Position numbers and translations under genes: made by a program | The notes under the pieces: model-generated | Seen by the model: the letters and a program-made list of their open reading frames with translations, nothing else | Told to the model about the DNA's origin: nothing | Database searches by the model: none | Origin: Eledone cirrhosa | Taxonomy: Eukaryota | Direction: 5' to 3' | DNA length: 64,000 bases | Assembly: GCA_964016885.1 (NCBI GenBank) | Contig: OZ024762.1 | Span: 26,660,001-26,724,000 of the forward strand | Shown here: one piece after another, positions 14,074 through 26,045 of the stretch | Numbering within the stretch: position 1 is the first letter of the stretch | How the letters are laid out: every line of letters begins with the position of its first letter

Positions 14074-14527
14074 CCTTGTCTGGCTTTCTGGAGAATAGGG
14101 GGAAGGTGTTCCCCCGAAAAACCAGTATGACTCTAAAAACCGGTTTGTCTGTGTGTTTACATACAGAATAGCTGGGCCGCTCACTGTAAAGCGACCAGTG
14201 AAAGACTTGGTACACCTACATATGTATACGTGTGTGTATTCATATACACACTAGTATTTCAGTATGCATATGTAGATGTACATTTTTTAACTTACACATT
14301 TTTTAACACACATTTTTTAACTTAATTGTTTAAGCGTCAGTCATACAAAAGTGAGTTACAAACGAAACGAAATTCAATTTCGTTTCGTTATTTGTTTTTA
14401 TCGTCTCCGCTGAACCGGTGCGTACTCACACTCTATGCAAATTAGTCTGCCCACTACTAATTTTCATAGAAAAAGCATATAACGATATGTGCTTTTACAA
14501 TTCTCCAGAAAGGCCGGTAGATAGGTA

Positions 14528-14572
14528 AATATTGCTGATGAGTTGTAACAACAACGAAACTAGATCAATGTT
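14528..14572 (+). ncRNA. Family A hammerhead with mutated cleavage triplet (GAT)
   Basis: aatattg-CTGATGA-gttgtaacaacaac-GAAA-cta-GAT-caatgtt; probably inactive. Confidence 0.7.
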
Positions 14573-14797
14573 CCTTGTCTGGCTTTCTGGAGAATAGGGG
14601 GAAGGTGTTCCCCCGAAAAACCAGTATGACTCTAAAAACCGGTTTGTCTGTGTGTTTACATACAGAATAGCTGGGCCGCTCACTGTAAAGCGACCAGTGA
14701 AAGACTTGGTACACCTACATATGTATACGTGTGTGTATTCATATACACACTAGTATTTCAGTATGCATATGTAGATGTACATTTTGTAACTTAATTG

Positions 14798-14942
<145 letters not shown>

Positions 14943-15770
14943 GTCATACTGGTATATATATAGAATAGAAGTTACCGAGATAAGTTAGTCTTATATGTAT
15001 GTTGTAGTAAAAATTTGGTATATATATATATCCAAGGTTTCAAATCAGTCAGTCCTGTTCTAATTTTTTTGGGGGGGTCACTTGTATCGGTATTTTTTAT
15101 TGAACTCTGATGACATCCACGGTTTATAATCACTGATGGCAAATTGTTAAATAAAATGATTTGCTATATATAGCATAACCTGGTTAGACATAATTGTAGT
15201 TATTAAATGCCTTAAACCCTTAAATTCTTTGGATTTTAAACAAACTATAACTATATAATAGCTCTGAGCGATCTCATCATTGTATTAAACAAAAATACAC
15301 CTAGGAAATGAGTAGAATTTACTCTCATTAATACTACTATTATATATATATATAGAAGTAGTAACACAAGAGTTAGTTCACCATACCGAGAACAATTGTT
15401 TCACCTTAGCGGGTCTTGATCCGCTAAGGTGAAACAGCTACTTCTACCAAACTGGTCCCATGGACTGAGTGCTCTACCACTACGGATATTACCTTCCAGT
15501 GTCCTCCCTATATATAGGAAAAGAGTCAGGACCTCGACGGCTGAGCACCGGCCGTTCGACAGCTAGATGTTCGGATCTAGCTGTCGAATAAGACGAATAC
15601 AAGAAACGTCCGCATTCGTTAGTCAGACAAAGCAATTACTGACGAACGAATGCGGACGTTTCTTATATTCGTCTTACTCGGGAAACCTTTGGTAATGAGG
15701 TAATTATATTGTATCGTTTATTATACATTAAATCCTCTGACTTTTTCAATTTTCACGGAAACTTCATTAC

Positions 15771-15819
<49 letters not shown>

Positions 15820-15824
<5 letters not shown>

Positions 15825-16095
15825 AGTATGTATGTATACAGACGTACAGTAGCATGTATATATATACATACAGGCACACATATGTATATGCACGTATCAG
15901 TTTACCGAACATTTATTATAATAAATGTTCGGTAAACTGATACGTACATATATATATGTGTGCCTGTATGTATATATATACATGCTACTGTACGTCTGTA
16001 TACATATATTTATGTACGTATACATACATACTTACATTTAAGTAAGTGCCGTATAAGAGTGAGAAATGAAATTTCGTTTCATTCTATTCCATTTA
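15820..16095. mobile_element. Short fold-back fragment of retrozyme family B
   Basis: tgtatacagacgtacagtagcatg arms inverted around ~15920; ends gagaaatgaaatttcgtttcattctattccattt(AT)n like other family B termini. Confidence 0.75.
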
Positions 16096-16141
16096 TATAT
16101 ATATATATATATAATATATATAATATATATATATATATATT

Positions 16142-16190
<49 letters not shown>

Positions 16191-16252
16191 TATATATATT
16201 ATATATATATAACATATATATATAATATATATATATATATTATACATATATA

Positions 16253-16328
<76 letters not shown>

Positions 16329-16335
16329 TTATATA

Positions 16336-16822
16336 TACGTTATTCGGGGTTGAATCGGAGGTAACCACAGTAAGTAAGGTACTCAATACATTGCAGAGTA
16401 TAAAAGTTTTAATATAGATGAGATTCTACAGGTCTAGAACTGTTTCATTCTTTAGAAATAATCAGGAATCTGATGATTTCTAAAGAATGAACAGTTCTAA
16501 TCCTGTAGAATCTCATCTATATTAAAAATATATTTTATATATATATATATATTAATTTATTAAAATAACAGATTATTTATTATTATTACTATATATATAT
16601 TATATATATATATATATAAATACATTATAATATAGATGAGATTCTACAGGACTAGAACTGTTTCATTCTTTAGAAATCATCAGAGATTCCTGATGATTTC
16701 TAAAGAAAGAAACAGTTCTAGTCCTGTGGAATCTCATCTATATTAAAACTTTTATACTCTGCAATGTATTGAGTACCTTTCTTACTGTGGTTACCTCCGA
16801 TTCAACCCGGAATAACGTAAAT
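16336..16822. mobile_element. Two fold-back PLE-type 3' ends centred on an HHR (same family as 49718-49768)
   Basis: Palindromes centred at ~16468 and ~16685 with gattc-CTGATGA-tttctaaagaaa-GAAA-cagttctagtcctg; terminus gattcaacccggaataacgta(TA)n. Confidence 0.8.
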
Positions 16823-16980
16823 ATATATTATATATATATATATTATATATATATATATATAATATATATATATTGTATATATATATAATATATATATAAT
16901 ATATATATATATATTATATATATATTATATATATTATATATATATATTATATATATATATTTATTAAAATAACAGATTAA

Positions 16981-17031
16981 AGTTTAAGCAAAGAATCGCT
17001 GCTTTCACCCTTAACGGGATCTTCTGAAACT
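16981..17031 (-). ncRNA. Hammerhead-like ribozyme, variant core CAGAAGA (Naiad 3'UTR)
   Basis: agttt-CAGAAGA-t ccc gttaa ggg t-GAAA-gca gcgattctt tgc-TT-aaact. Confidence 0.7.
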
Positions 17032-17952
17032 AACAAAGTCAATTTGTAAACGCAGAACTGGATATTTCAAAGAACGTTGCAAGCGGAGGAAGATAGGAAG
17101 ACGATATTTTGGTTCGTGGAAACGTTCACAAGCAAAGAACGGGAAAAAACGAACAAAACATCATTAATAGGAGCGGTGAAAAACAATTACGCGCAAAGAC
17201 AGAACCACGTTTATGGTATAAAAGAGGTCGTAGACTAATGTTCTCTTAGGTGGTGCATAGAGACGTTCTCTGGCAATGAACGAAAAAACGAAGATAATAC
17301 GTCATATGTCGTGCGTGAGGAACAATAGCACGCCAAGACAAAACCACGTAAATGGTATAGCAGAAGTCGTAGACTAAAATTCTAACTGGGAGACCAAATG
17401 AATCTCCGCTACAGAGTTAAGAACAAAGTAAATAAATATAATACAGAAGTAATAGAAATAGAAATAAATACATACACGCAAACAAATACGTACATACACA
17501 AGCATACGCAAAACCTTACCATAGGTATACAAAACCACGAACATATAAATGTGTGTGTGTGTATGCGTGTATACAAATAAATAATTATATAAACGTATAA
17601 GAATAAATAAATACGTATATAACAAGCGCACACACATACCTACATATAAATACACGAATGTTCGGAGACGTAAGTCAACTAAAACAAGAAGTACACATAT
17701 ACACACACCCACCATACGTACGAACCTGCATACTCACACAGACGCAAAACTCCCGTATACACATAGCCAAACCCTATGTACCAGTAAATAAAAGTATACG
17801 CCATAACAATCAAAGTTACGTACGAGAAGGTATACGTACCTTCACAAAACATACGGGTAATATATACTTACCTATGCAAATAAGTAAAGGAATAAACAAA
17901 ACATATACTTAGCTCCCACATCAAAACGTAAAATATCCACGTATAGATCGTA

Positions 17953-20030
17953 CTATCCGTTAGGGCATAACGTGGGGCTGTAATACAGGAAAGTTTTGTG
18001 CAATTTATGTTTACAAGCCGAAATTGCCTCAGATTTATTGTTTAAGATGTGGTCTGTGGCGTAGAGTATTTCCAGGGCCTCAGCGGCGCAGAGGTCACAT
18101 GGTCTTTTATTTCCGTTATACGATCTAGCCCTAGCTAGGATCTCCCAGTGTAACTTATATTGGGTGTGGTTGTTTTTTAGACTCCAGATATAAGCTGAAA
18201 GTGACGTCATATTCCTTCTCAGAGGGTAACGGAAAGAATGGGTATGCATGTAAAGACGCTGCTTGAAACTATTGGCGGTTAACCCTATGTAAGCCCTATG
18301 GGACGTGGGTGTTACAAACTTACATTTGTAGACAATGTTACTAGAATGGCATTTCCCGGATAGGGGGCAAACAGCCCGATTCCTACAATTACAGTTAGTA
18401 CTAACTACAGGGTTGCACGTGTTCCTACGGCTAGGTAGTTTACCTAAATTTGAAGCTGTGATGTTATGTGCAAGGTTAGGAGTCGTAGAGTAAGAAATTT
18501 TAATAGTATTTCTATTAAAAATTTTACTATATTTATGTGTAGGGGGAAAATGCTTTGTAATATGGGAAAGAAAGATCTTAGCTAATGGTGTGGCCACCTC
18601 CATATTATATGGTAGGTTATACCAACAAATGCGACGGGATCTATTTCTTCTAGGTCTATTTTCGTGCTTTGTATATGCTACCTTATCGACAAATCCACTT
18701 CGAGCAAGAGCTTCATTGTAATAAGTGGAATGGTCGTTGAAAATAGGCTCGTTGGTGGAAAGACGGCAAAGCCTCAACGAAACGTTTCTTACCAGGTTCT
18801 TGGTTATGCTGGCAGGATGGTTGGAATGCTTACTTATGTAATTAAGCGTATCATTCGGCTTTCTATACGGGTAATACAACCCATTCAATAAATTGAGGGT
18901 AACATCGAGGTAATTAACGACCGAGAGATTGGCCTCAACCTGTATAGAGAGGTTGAAGCCTTTAAAGAAGGCTGTGAGTTCTTTTATGAACCTGTCGCAA
19001 GAACGAGGTCCGCACTTAGTCATGAGACCATCGTCACGGTACAAACCACCGCCCGCGTTGGGGAATTCGTCCTTGATAGAGAAAAGAAGGAAAAGGCCAA
19101 TAAGATCAGTAACCTCCGCAGAGTCACTGGCGCCCATACTCACGTCGAATGGGGTACTATTGGATTTTTTAATCCAAATAGAGTCGTCGAAATTAATCAC
19201 CGACATTCGGGCATTGAGGATGACATCAACTTCGAAATCCTTAACCACTGTGAGTGTTTTAGCGAAATTGATAGCTCTAAGGAAAAGTGGTGAAGTGATG
19301 GACGAGTAATAATTGTTGATGTCGAATTGGATAAAACGGCAATGTTCCTTGTTACATATGCCGTTGAACCAATCAATCACCGCGAAAGAATTGTTCCACA
19401 GTGCAAGAGGGGCCAAACTTCTAATTTCAGGTATAATTCTATCAAGAATCGTTTTACTAAGTTTACCTAAATCGGACTTCGTAGGGTTAATAAGCCGAAT
19501 AGAGGGGTTGTTCGGAAAATTGGATTTGTGATCCTTTAGGGTAAAGTGGGGAGAAATCGGGTCCAGAGGTTCGGTCCGGTCCAGGATGTTGAGATTAGAT
19601 GTGATTTTAAACCCAGCATCGTTGATTTCATTGATGACGCACCGATTAGTTTTACGGTAATCCTTAGTTACAGCATTATGTAGTAGTTGATGGTAAGTAC
19701 TGCGCTCCACTTGATATAGGTTGCCAGTTTTTTCGGAATGGACGTGCACGGCGTTAGAATCCTTAATAGAACGAATTCTATTCTTCAGGTCTCGCTGGAA
19801 GGAATTGCTACTATTCCGAAATTTGATACTCCGAATGAGTTCCAAGACATCATTTTCGAAGTGTAGCAATGCTGGGTTCCACGGGGGGGGGGGGGGGTAT
19901 TATAGGTTTTAAATCCAAATTTATCCTGTTTGTTGTCTGCTTTTCGCGGATTATCGAAATAAAAGGCACGCCAACGCAACCTTTTAATGAACGCGTCTGT
20001 TTTCTGTATCAGGAGTTTTAGGTATGTTTT
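17953..20030 (-). CDS. Naiad-type PLE polyprotein (RT + CNC zinc knuckle + GIY-YIG endonuclease), one frameshift at the G15 run 19883-19897
   Basis: FIKRLRWRAFYF, TLKDHK, IRLINP, FDINNYYSSI, MGASDSAEVTDLIG, GLYRDDGL, YLDVTLNL, SNHP, CNCRNRAVCPLSGKC, IVYKC...YIG, CDLC...CKH. Confidence 0.93.
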
Positions 20031-20700
20031 AATAGAAATACTATTAAAATGTCTTACTCTACGACTCCTAACCTTGCACATAACATCACAGCTTCAAATT
20101 TAGCTAAACTACCTAGCCGTAGGAACACGTGCAACCCTGTAGTTAGTACTAACTGTAATTGTAGGAATCGGGCTGTTTGCCCCCTATCCGGGAAATGCCT
20201 CTCTAGTAACATTGTCAACAAATGTAAGGTTGTAACACCCACGTCCCATAGGGCCTACATAGGGTTAACCGCCAATAGTTTCAAGCAGCGGCTTTACATG
20301 AATACCCATTCTTTTCGTTACCCTCTAAGAAGGAATATGACGTCACTTTCAGCTTATATCTGGAGTCTAAAAGACCACACCCAATATAAGTTACACTGGG
20401 AGATCCTAGCTAGGGCTAGATCGTATAATGGAAATAAAAGACCATGTGACCTCTGCTCCGCTGAGGCCCTGGAAATACTCTACGCCACAGACCACATCTT
20501 AAACAAAAAATCTGAGGCAATTTCGGTTTGTAAACATAAATTGCACAAAACTTTCCTGTATTACAGCCCCACGTTATACCCTAACGGATAGTACGATCTA
20601 TACGTGGATATTTTACGTTTTGATATGGGAGCTAAGTATATGTTTTGTTTATACCATTACTTATTTGCATAGGTAAGTATATATTACCCGTATGCTCATG
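20030..20700 (+). mobile_element. Inverted 3' copy (GIY-YIG region) at the 5' truncation point of the Naiad element
   Basis: ORF 20049-20591 is nearly identical to the C-terminus of 17953-19869, on the opposite strand; typical PLE inverted pLTR. Confidence 0.9.
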
Positions 20701-22110
20701 TACCAGTATGTATAATATAATATATACGCCTATAACATATACAAGCCAATATACGTGCGAGGAAGTATACGTACCTTCACAAAACAAACAGGTAATATAT
20801 ACTTACCTATACAAATAAGTAATGGTATAAACATAACATATACTTAGCTACCACATCAAGATATAAAATATCCGCGTATAGATCGTACTATCCGTTTGGG
20901 TATAATGTGTGGCTGTAATATAGGAAAGATTTGTGCAATTTATGTTTACAAGCCGAAATTGCCTCAGATTTTTTGTTTAATATGTGGTCTTTGGCGTAGA
21001 GTATTTCCAGGGCTTCAGCGGCGCAGAGGTCACATGGTCTTTTATTTTCGTTATACGATCTAGCCTGAACTAGGATCTCCCAGTGTAACTTATATTGGGT
21101 GTGGTTGTCTTTTAGACTCCAGATATAAGCTGAAAGTGACGTCATATTCCTTCTTAAAGTGTTAAGAAAAGAATGGGTATGCATGTAAAGACGCTGCTTG
21201 AATCTATTGGCGGTTAACCCTATGTAGGCCCTACGGGACGGGGGTGTTTCAACCTTACATTTGTAGACAATATTACTAGAGAGGTAATTCCCGGATAGGG
21301 AGCAGTCAACCCGATTCTTACAATTGCAGTTAGTACTAGCTACAGGCTTGCACGTATTCCTACGGCTAGGTAATTTAGCTAAATTTGAAGCTGTGATGTT
21401 ATGAGCCAGATTAGGTGTCGTAGAGTAAGAAATGTTAATGGTATTTCTATTAAAAATTTTAGTATAATTATGTGCTGGGGGAAATGCGCTATAATAAGGG
21501 AGAGAAAGATCTTTGCTAATGGTGTGGCCACCTCCATATTATATGGTGGGTTATACCATAAAATGCGTCGGGATCTATTTTTCCTAGGTCTATTCTCATA
21601 CTCTGTATATGCTACCTCATCGACAAATCCACTCCGTTCAAGGGCTTCATTGTAATATGAGGAATGGTCGGTGAAAATATACTCGTTTGTAGATAGACGG
21701 GAAAGCCTCACAGAAACATTTCTTACCAGGTTCTTGGTTATGCTGGCAGGATGGTTAGAATGCTTACTTATGTAAGGAAGCGTATCATTCGGCTTTCTAT
21801 ACGGGAAGTGCAAGCCATTCGACAAATTGAGTGTAACGTCGAGGTAATTAACGACCGAGACGTTGGCTTCAACCTGTATGGAGAGGTTGAAGCCTTTAAA
21901 GAAAGCTGTGAATTCTTTTCTGAACCTATCGCAAGCACCTAGGCCGCACTTTGTCATGGTCAAAAGACCGTCATCACGCTACAAACCACTGCCCACGTTG
22001 GGGAATTCTTCCATGATAGAGAAAAGAAGGAAAAGGCCGATAAGATCAGAAACCTCCGCAGAATCGCTGACGCCCATACTCACATCGAATCGTGTACTAT
22101 TAGATTTTTA
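20700..22110 (-). pseudogene. Diverged 5'-truncated Naiad copy with frameshifts
   Basis: ORFs 20888-21184 and 21379-21963 are homologous to the thumb and GIY-YIG regions of 17953-19869. Confidence 0.9.
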
Positions 22111-22441
22111 ATAGCAGCCAGGTTTATTCGACATTTGAATTAGCTCAACAAATTAACGGAGCCGAATATATCAAAGGTATATATTGAGTTAGAAACTCAA
22201 AATATATGTGTTCAAATCGTAAGGGACCAGATTCGCTAAGGTGAAAAAATACTAACTATAGACAATAAGGTTTGCCTGACTCAATTTAAGAATATATAAA
22301 GAAAATAAATACAAACTGGAATTGCTATTTTTAGTGTGTAAGTTTGTGAGACGCGCTAAGTTCAGATACCATGTGCGTTGTTATATATACGCACACTATT
22401 CAGTTCCTTAATATACTTAGAAGTGTTTAGGATACTAATTC

Positions 22442-22524
22442 GTCACCCACTGATGAGCAAGAATTGGCATTCCTATTCACAATTAATTTTGCGAAACAGC
22501 AGTACCAAAAGTCGTCTGGGTGAC
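22442..22524 (+). ncRNA. Type I hammerhead ribozyme in a PLE-type 3' end (with inverted partial copy 22170-22340)
   Basis: gtcaccca-CTGATGA-gcaagaatt...aattttgc-GAAA-c...GTC-tgggtgac; perfect 8-bp stem I. Confidence 0.85.
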
Positions 22525-22813
22525 TAGTAGTTACCACAATTCCGGTTTGTATTTATTTTCTTGATTTATTCTTAAATTGAGTCAGGCAAACCTTATTGTC
22601 TATAGTTAGTATTCTTTTCACCTTAGCGAATCTGGTCCCTTACGATTTGAACACATATATGTATATATCTGTGTTGGTCTTTCTTTTATATTCAATTATA
22701 ATACACGGCTCGGAAAAATCTCTTTCCTAGGGCTATTTTGTTGTAAGAGACTATTTTGAGTTTCTAACTCAATATATACCTTTGATATTATATTATATAT
22801 ATATATATATTAT

Positions 22814-22959
<146 letters not shown>

Positions 22960-23091
22960 GATAAATCTACCAAGAGTTTACGGTAGTGTCCAATCCGTAT
23001 GAAGAACTCAATGTATTCCGGATATCATGGAAAGAAGAGATGTAATAAAAATCCAATTTCGGTGAAAGATAAACGGTATACAGAGTCAAGA

Positions 23092-23493
23092 TAAAATATT
23101 AAACAAATAATGAACAAACAATTCCTTATATTAAACAAAAAAAGTTCACTATTTAACGATCGTTTCTAGGGTATATATGTGTTATAGTTGGTATGCATAT
23201 TTAACAGATCTATGTACAAAATTATACAAAATTATACAAATTATCAAGATTAAATATACATACCTAACTCATATATACGCCGTCTTCATTATTTCTGAAG
23301 ACGGCGTATATATGAGTTAGGTATGTATATTTAATCTTGATAATTTGTATAATTTTGTATAATTTTGTACATAGATCTGTTAAATATGCATACCAACTAT
23401 AACACATATATACCCTAGAAACGATCGTTAAATAGTGAACTTTTTTTGTTTAATATAAGGAATTGTTTGTTCATTATTTGTTTAATATTTTAT
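23092..23493. repeat. ~400-bp near-perfect palindrome of a Naiad-type 3' end
   Basis: Arms mirror around ~23288 (cgccgtcttca / tgaagacggcg). Confidence 0.9.
23285..23439 (+). ncRNA. Hammerhead-like ribozyme with ~115-nt stem II
   Basis: ttcattattt-CTGAAGA-[long hairpin cggcgtatatatg...catatatacccta]-GAAA-cgatc-GTT-aaatagtgaa; 10-bp stem I, palindromic ACGATCGT stem III. Confidence 0.75.
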
Positions 23494-23519
23494 ATATATA
23501 TATATATATATATTATATA

Positions 23520-23727
23520 GGGTTGGCAGTATCGGTAGAGGGTCGGACGCCATGCTTTCTAACATAGAGTTACGTCCCTTTACGTTCTGAATTCAAATCG
23601 CGCCAAGGTTAACTTTGCCTTTCATCCTTACGGAGTCGATAAAATAAAGTACCAGTAATGTAGTGGGTTAATTACTGGCCTTGTGCCAAAAGTAGAAACA
23701 ATTATATATATATATATATATAATATA

Positions 23728-23770
<43 letters not shown>

Positions 23771-23876
23771 ATATATAATATATAATTGTTTCTACTTTTG
23801 GCACAAGGCCAGAAATTACTCAGTGTATTACTGGTACTTTATTTTATCGACCCCATAATGATGAAAGGCAAAGTTA
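23520..23876. mobile_element. SINE (+, 23520-23704) and partial SINE (-, 23784-23876) around (TA)n
   Basis: Same tRNA-derived SINE consensus as above. Confidence 0.8.
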
Positions 23877-24032
23877 TATATAAAATATATAATTAGATGT
23901 TAATAAGGTTCATTGATTACTCAAGAAATATAGGTTTACAATAGATTTAAAGCACATAACAGTGTTTTCTGGAGTTATTAATATAATTCAAAATATTAAT
24001 AAATGAAAACGTTCACATAATCAAAATATATG

Positions 24033-24094
24033 TTTTATTATATACATTTCGGAGGTACTGTGCTGTTTTTTCAGTACGTCCTCATCAGATAAAA
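24033..24094 (-). ncRNA. Type I minimal hammerhead ribozyme at the end of a Naiad 3'UTR
   Basis: ttttat-CTGATGA-gga cgtactg...cagtac ctcc-GAAA-tgtat-ATA-ataaaa. Confidence 0.8.
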
Positions 24095-24423
24095 TACATA
24101 AATTGATGTACAACATACCTCAACTGTCTTGATGGTTTAATTTCAGTCTTGGCAGTGATTTATTACAACAAAACTCTATGTTTATATACCACAAGAAGGA
24201 ATAACGTGACAAACTAAATATGATGAAGAGAGGGATGTGAAGCGAGATATAAGTATCAAGAGGGGGTGGGTATGAGAAAATATAGAAGTAAATAAACACA
24301 TAAGTACAATATTTAAATATTCATGTTAGAGAAGAAACAGAAGGGAAAGAAAAAATGATGAAGATAAGAAGACAGGGGCAGAGGGAGATAAAAGAGAGGA
24401 TGTAATACCTAACTGCAACAGGA

Positions 24424-24467
<44 letters not shown>

Positions 24468-25259
24468 AAAAAGGGACGTGATGCGTGACAGTTGTTTTTA
24501 AATATTAAGTCAGGTAGAAGCGACCAATTAAATACCGTTAAAATTATTACTATCTATTGTATTATACTAATATATTAAATCAAAATTAAACAATATGAAA
24601 TATTTTCAATGAGAATCAGAAGTATACTTAAATTAATAAATATATTCTATATTGTGTTACAAAATTCAAAATCAGAAACATTTAATCTACAAATAAAGTT
24701 TACAAATATAGTAAATATGTATGAGTATATTTATCATAACTTAATCACATATCACCATTTGTATATTCATGTTATACAATACATTATAAACATTACAAAC
24801 GGTTTAAATCAATAGTTGTCAATTACATATAGGATTAATTGATAGTTATATATACTCTTGAAAGTATTATTATTTCGAATCATCCTAATCCTACTACATG
24901 CAACAGTATAAATTATGTTAAATATACATTATTAATCCATTTGGATAAAAACGAAAATTATATACGATAAATGTAAACAAATGAGCTCCGTACAACATAT
25001 CTGGTCTTTTAAATTAGCTAAATGCTTTGAAAACCAGGAGGTGTTTCACATCACAAATTTAGAAAATTCAAGTTATTCAAAGACGATTCTAAAACCGAAC
25101 TAAAGGTATTTAGTCAATCATGAAATTAACTCACCATATAAAAGAGCCAATATGCAATTGTATAAGGTAAGGTAAAACATTATATATAATAACAACGGTA
25201 CCATTTCAAGAATTATTAATAAAAGTCAATATTTTTTCACTCATTCAGTGTTTTTTTTC

Positions 25260-25781
25260 TAAATTTAAATGATGCTTGAAATGATTTTCCAGATTTATGG
25301 AGGCAAGTTGCAAATAACTCATTTTTCTTATCAATTAAATTACCATAATTATTAATAGAGTTTCCAAATTGCAAAGATGGCAGATTGGTGAGATGGAAGC
25401 ATTCCGATATGATTGAAAGTTTCTGGGTATTTTATATTTTTCTCTTTCAAAGACCATATTAATTGTGATAACGAAGTAGAAAATGTTTTATGTGGATTAG
25501 AGAAAGAATGTTTATGATTGGAAAATCGAAGTTTAAAGTTCGATGAAGTTGCCCCTATGTAGTTATAAGTAATAATATTATTTGTTTTAATGGTACATTT
25601 ATATACTAAATTCTTATCAAGGCAATTATTTTGTAAAGGGCATTCAGATTTCCTTCTACAGTTACAGTTCGATTCAATGCTATTTCGATAACCTAAACTG
25701 TTCGTATTATCATTGTTAATGTTTCTGGGTGTTCCACTATATGTGTTTAATTTATTGTTATTGTTATTCGCATTAACTACT

Positions 25782-25825
<44 letters not shown>

Positions 25826-25830
25826 GTTGG
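25260..25830 (-). pseudogene. Naiad C-terminal fragment (poly-Asn linker, CNC knuckle, GIY-YIG)
   Basis: NCNCRRKSECPLQNNC..LVYKC..YIGATSSNFKLRFSNH, then frameshifted CHLC; 3'UTR runs to ~23950. Confidence 0.85.
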
Positions 25831-26045
25831 TGAAGCCACGCTTCTTATCGCCTCCAGTCTTTTTCAACGTTTACCTCTTTTTCAACCATTCTAAACCTTT
25901 TATTCAAGTTTTAAATTTGATAAAAGTTTAGAAGAAGTGACCCACCTAATACAGAGATTCACTAGTAAATAATACGGCACCCCTTTACGGGGTGTCGTAT
26001 TCGTATTCGTATTTGTGTAAAAATATTTTTTTTTTAAATTTCAAC

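Larger units (their letters stand above)
12554..14797. mobile_element. Retrozyme-like array, family A: 469-bp HHR-containing non-coding units (~2.7 copies HHR-minus, then ~2.1 copies HHR-plus)
   Basis: Period 469 (identical ORF-track entries at 12737 and 13206); inversion at ~13813; one HHR per unit; (TA)n on both sides. Confidence 0.9.
16960..20030 (-). mobile_element. Naiad-type Penelope-like element (5'-truncated) with ~1 kb 3'UTR and HHR
   Basis: Contains the RT-GIY-YIG ORF; 3'UTR matches 36954-37940; HHR-like motif at 16981-17031. Confidence 0.9.

Noticed and set aside
12554-14797. CRISPR array or simple satellite
   Set aside because: No repeat-spacer alternation; whole units are identical and eukaryotic, and better explained as HHR retrozymes.
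15095-15157. CTGATGA-catc...gatg-GCAA HHR-like motif
   Set aside because: GCAA instead of GAAA and poor stems I and III; single copy.
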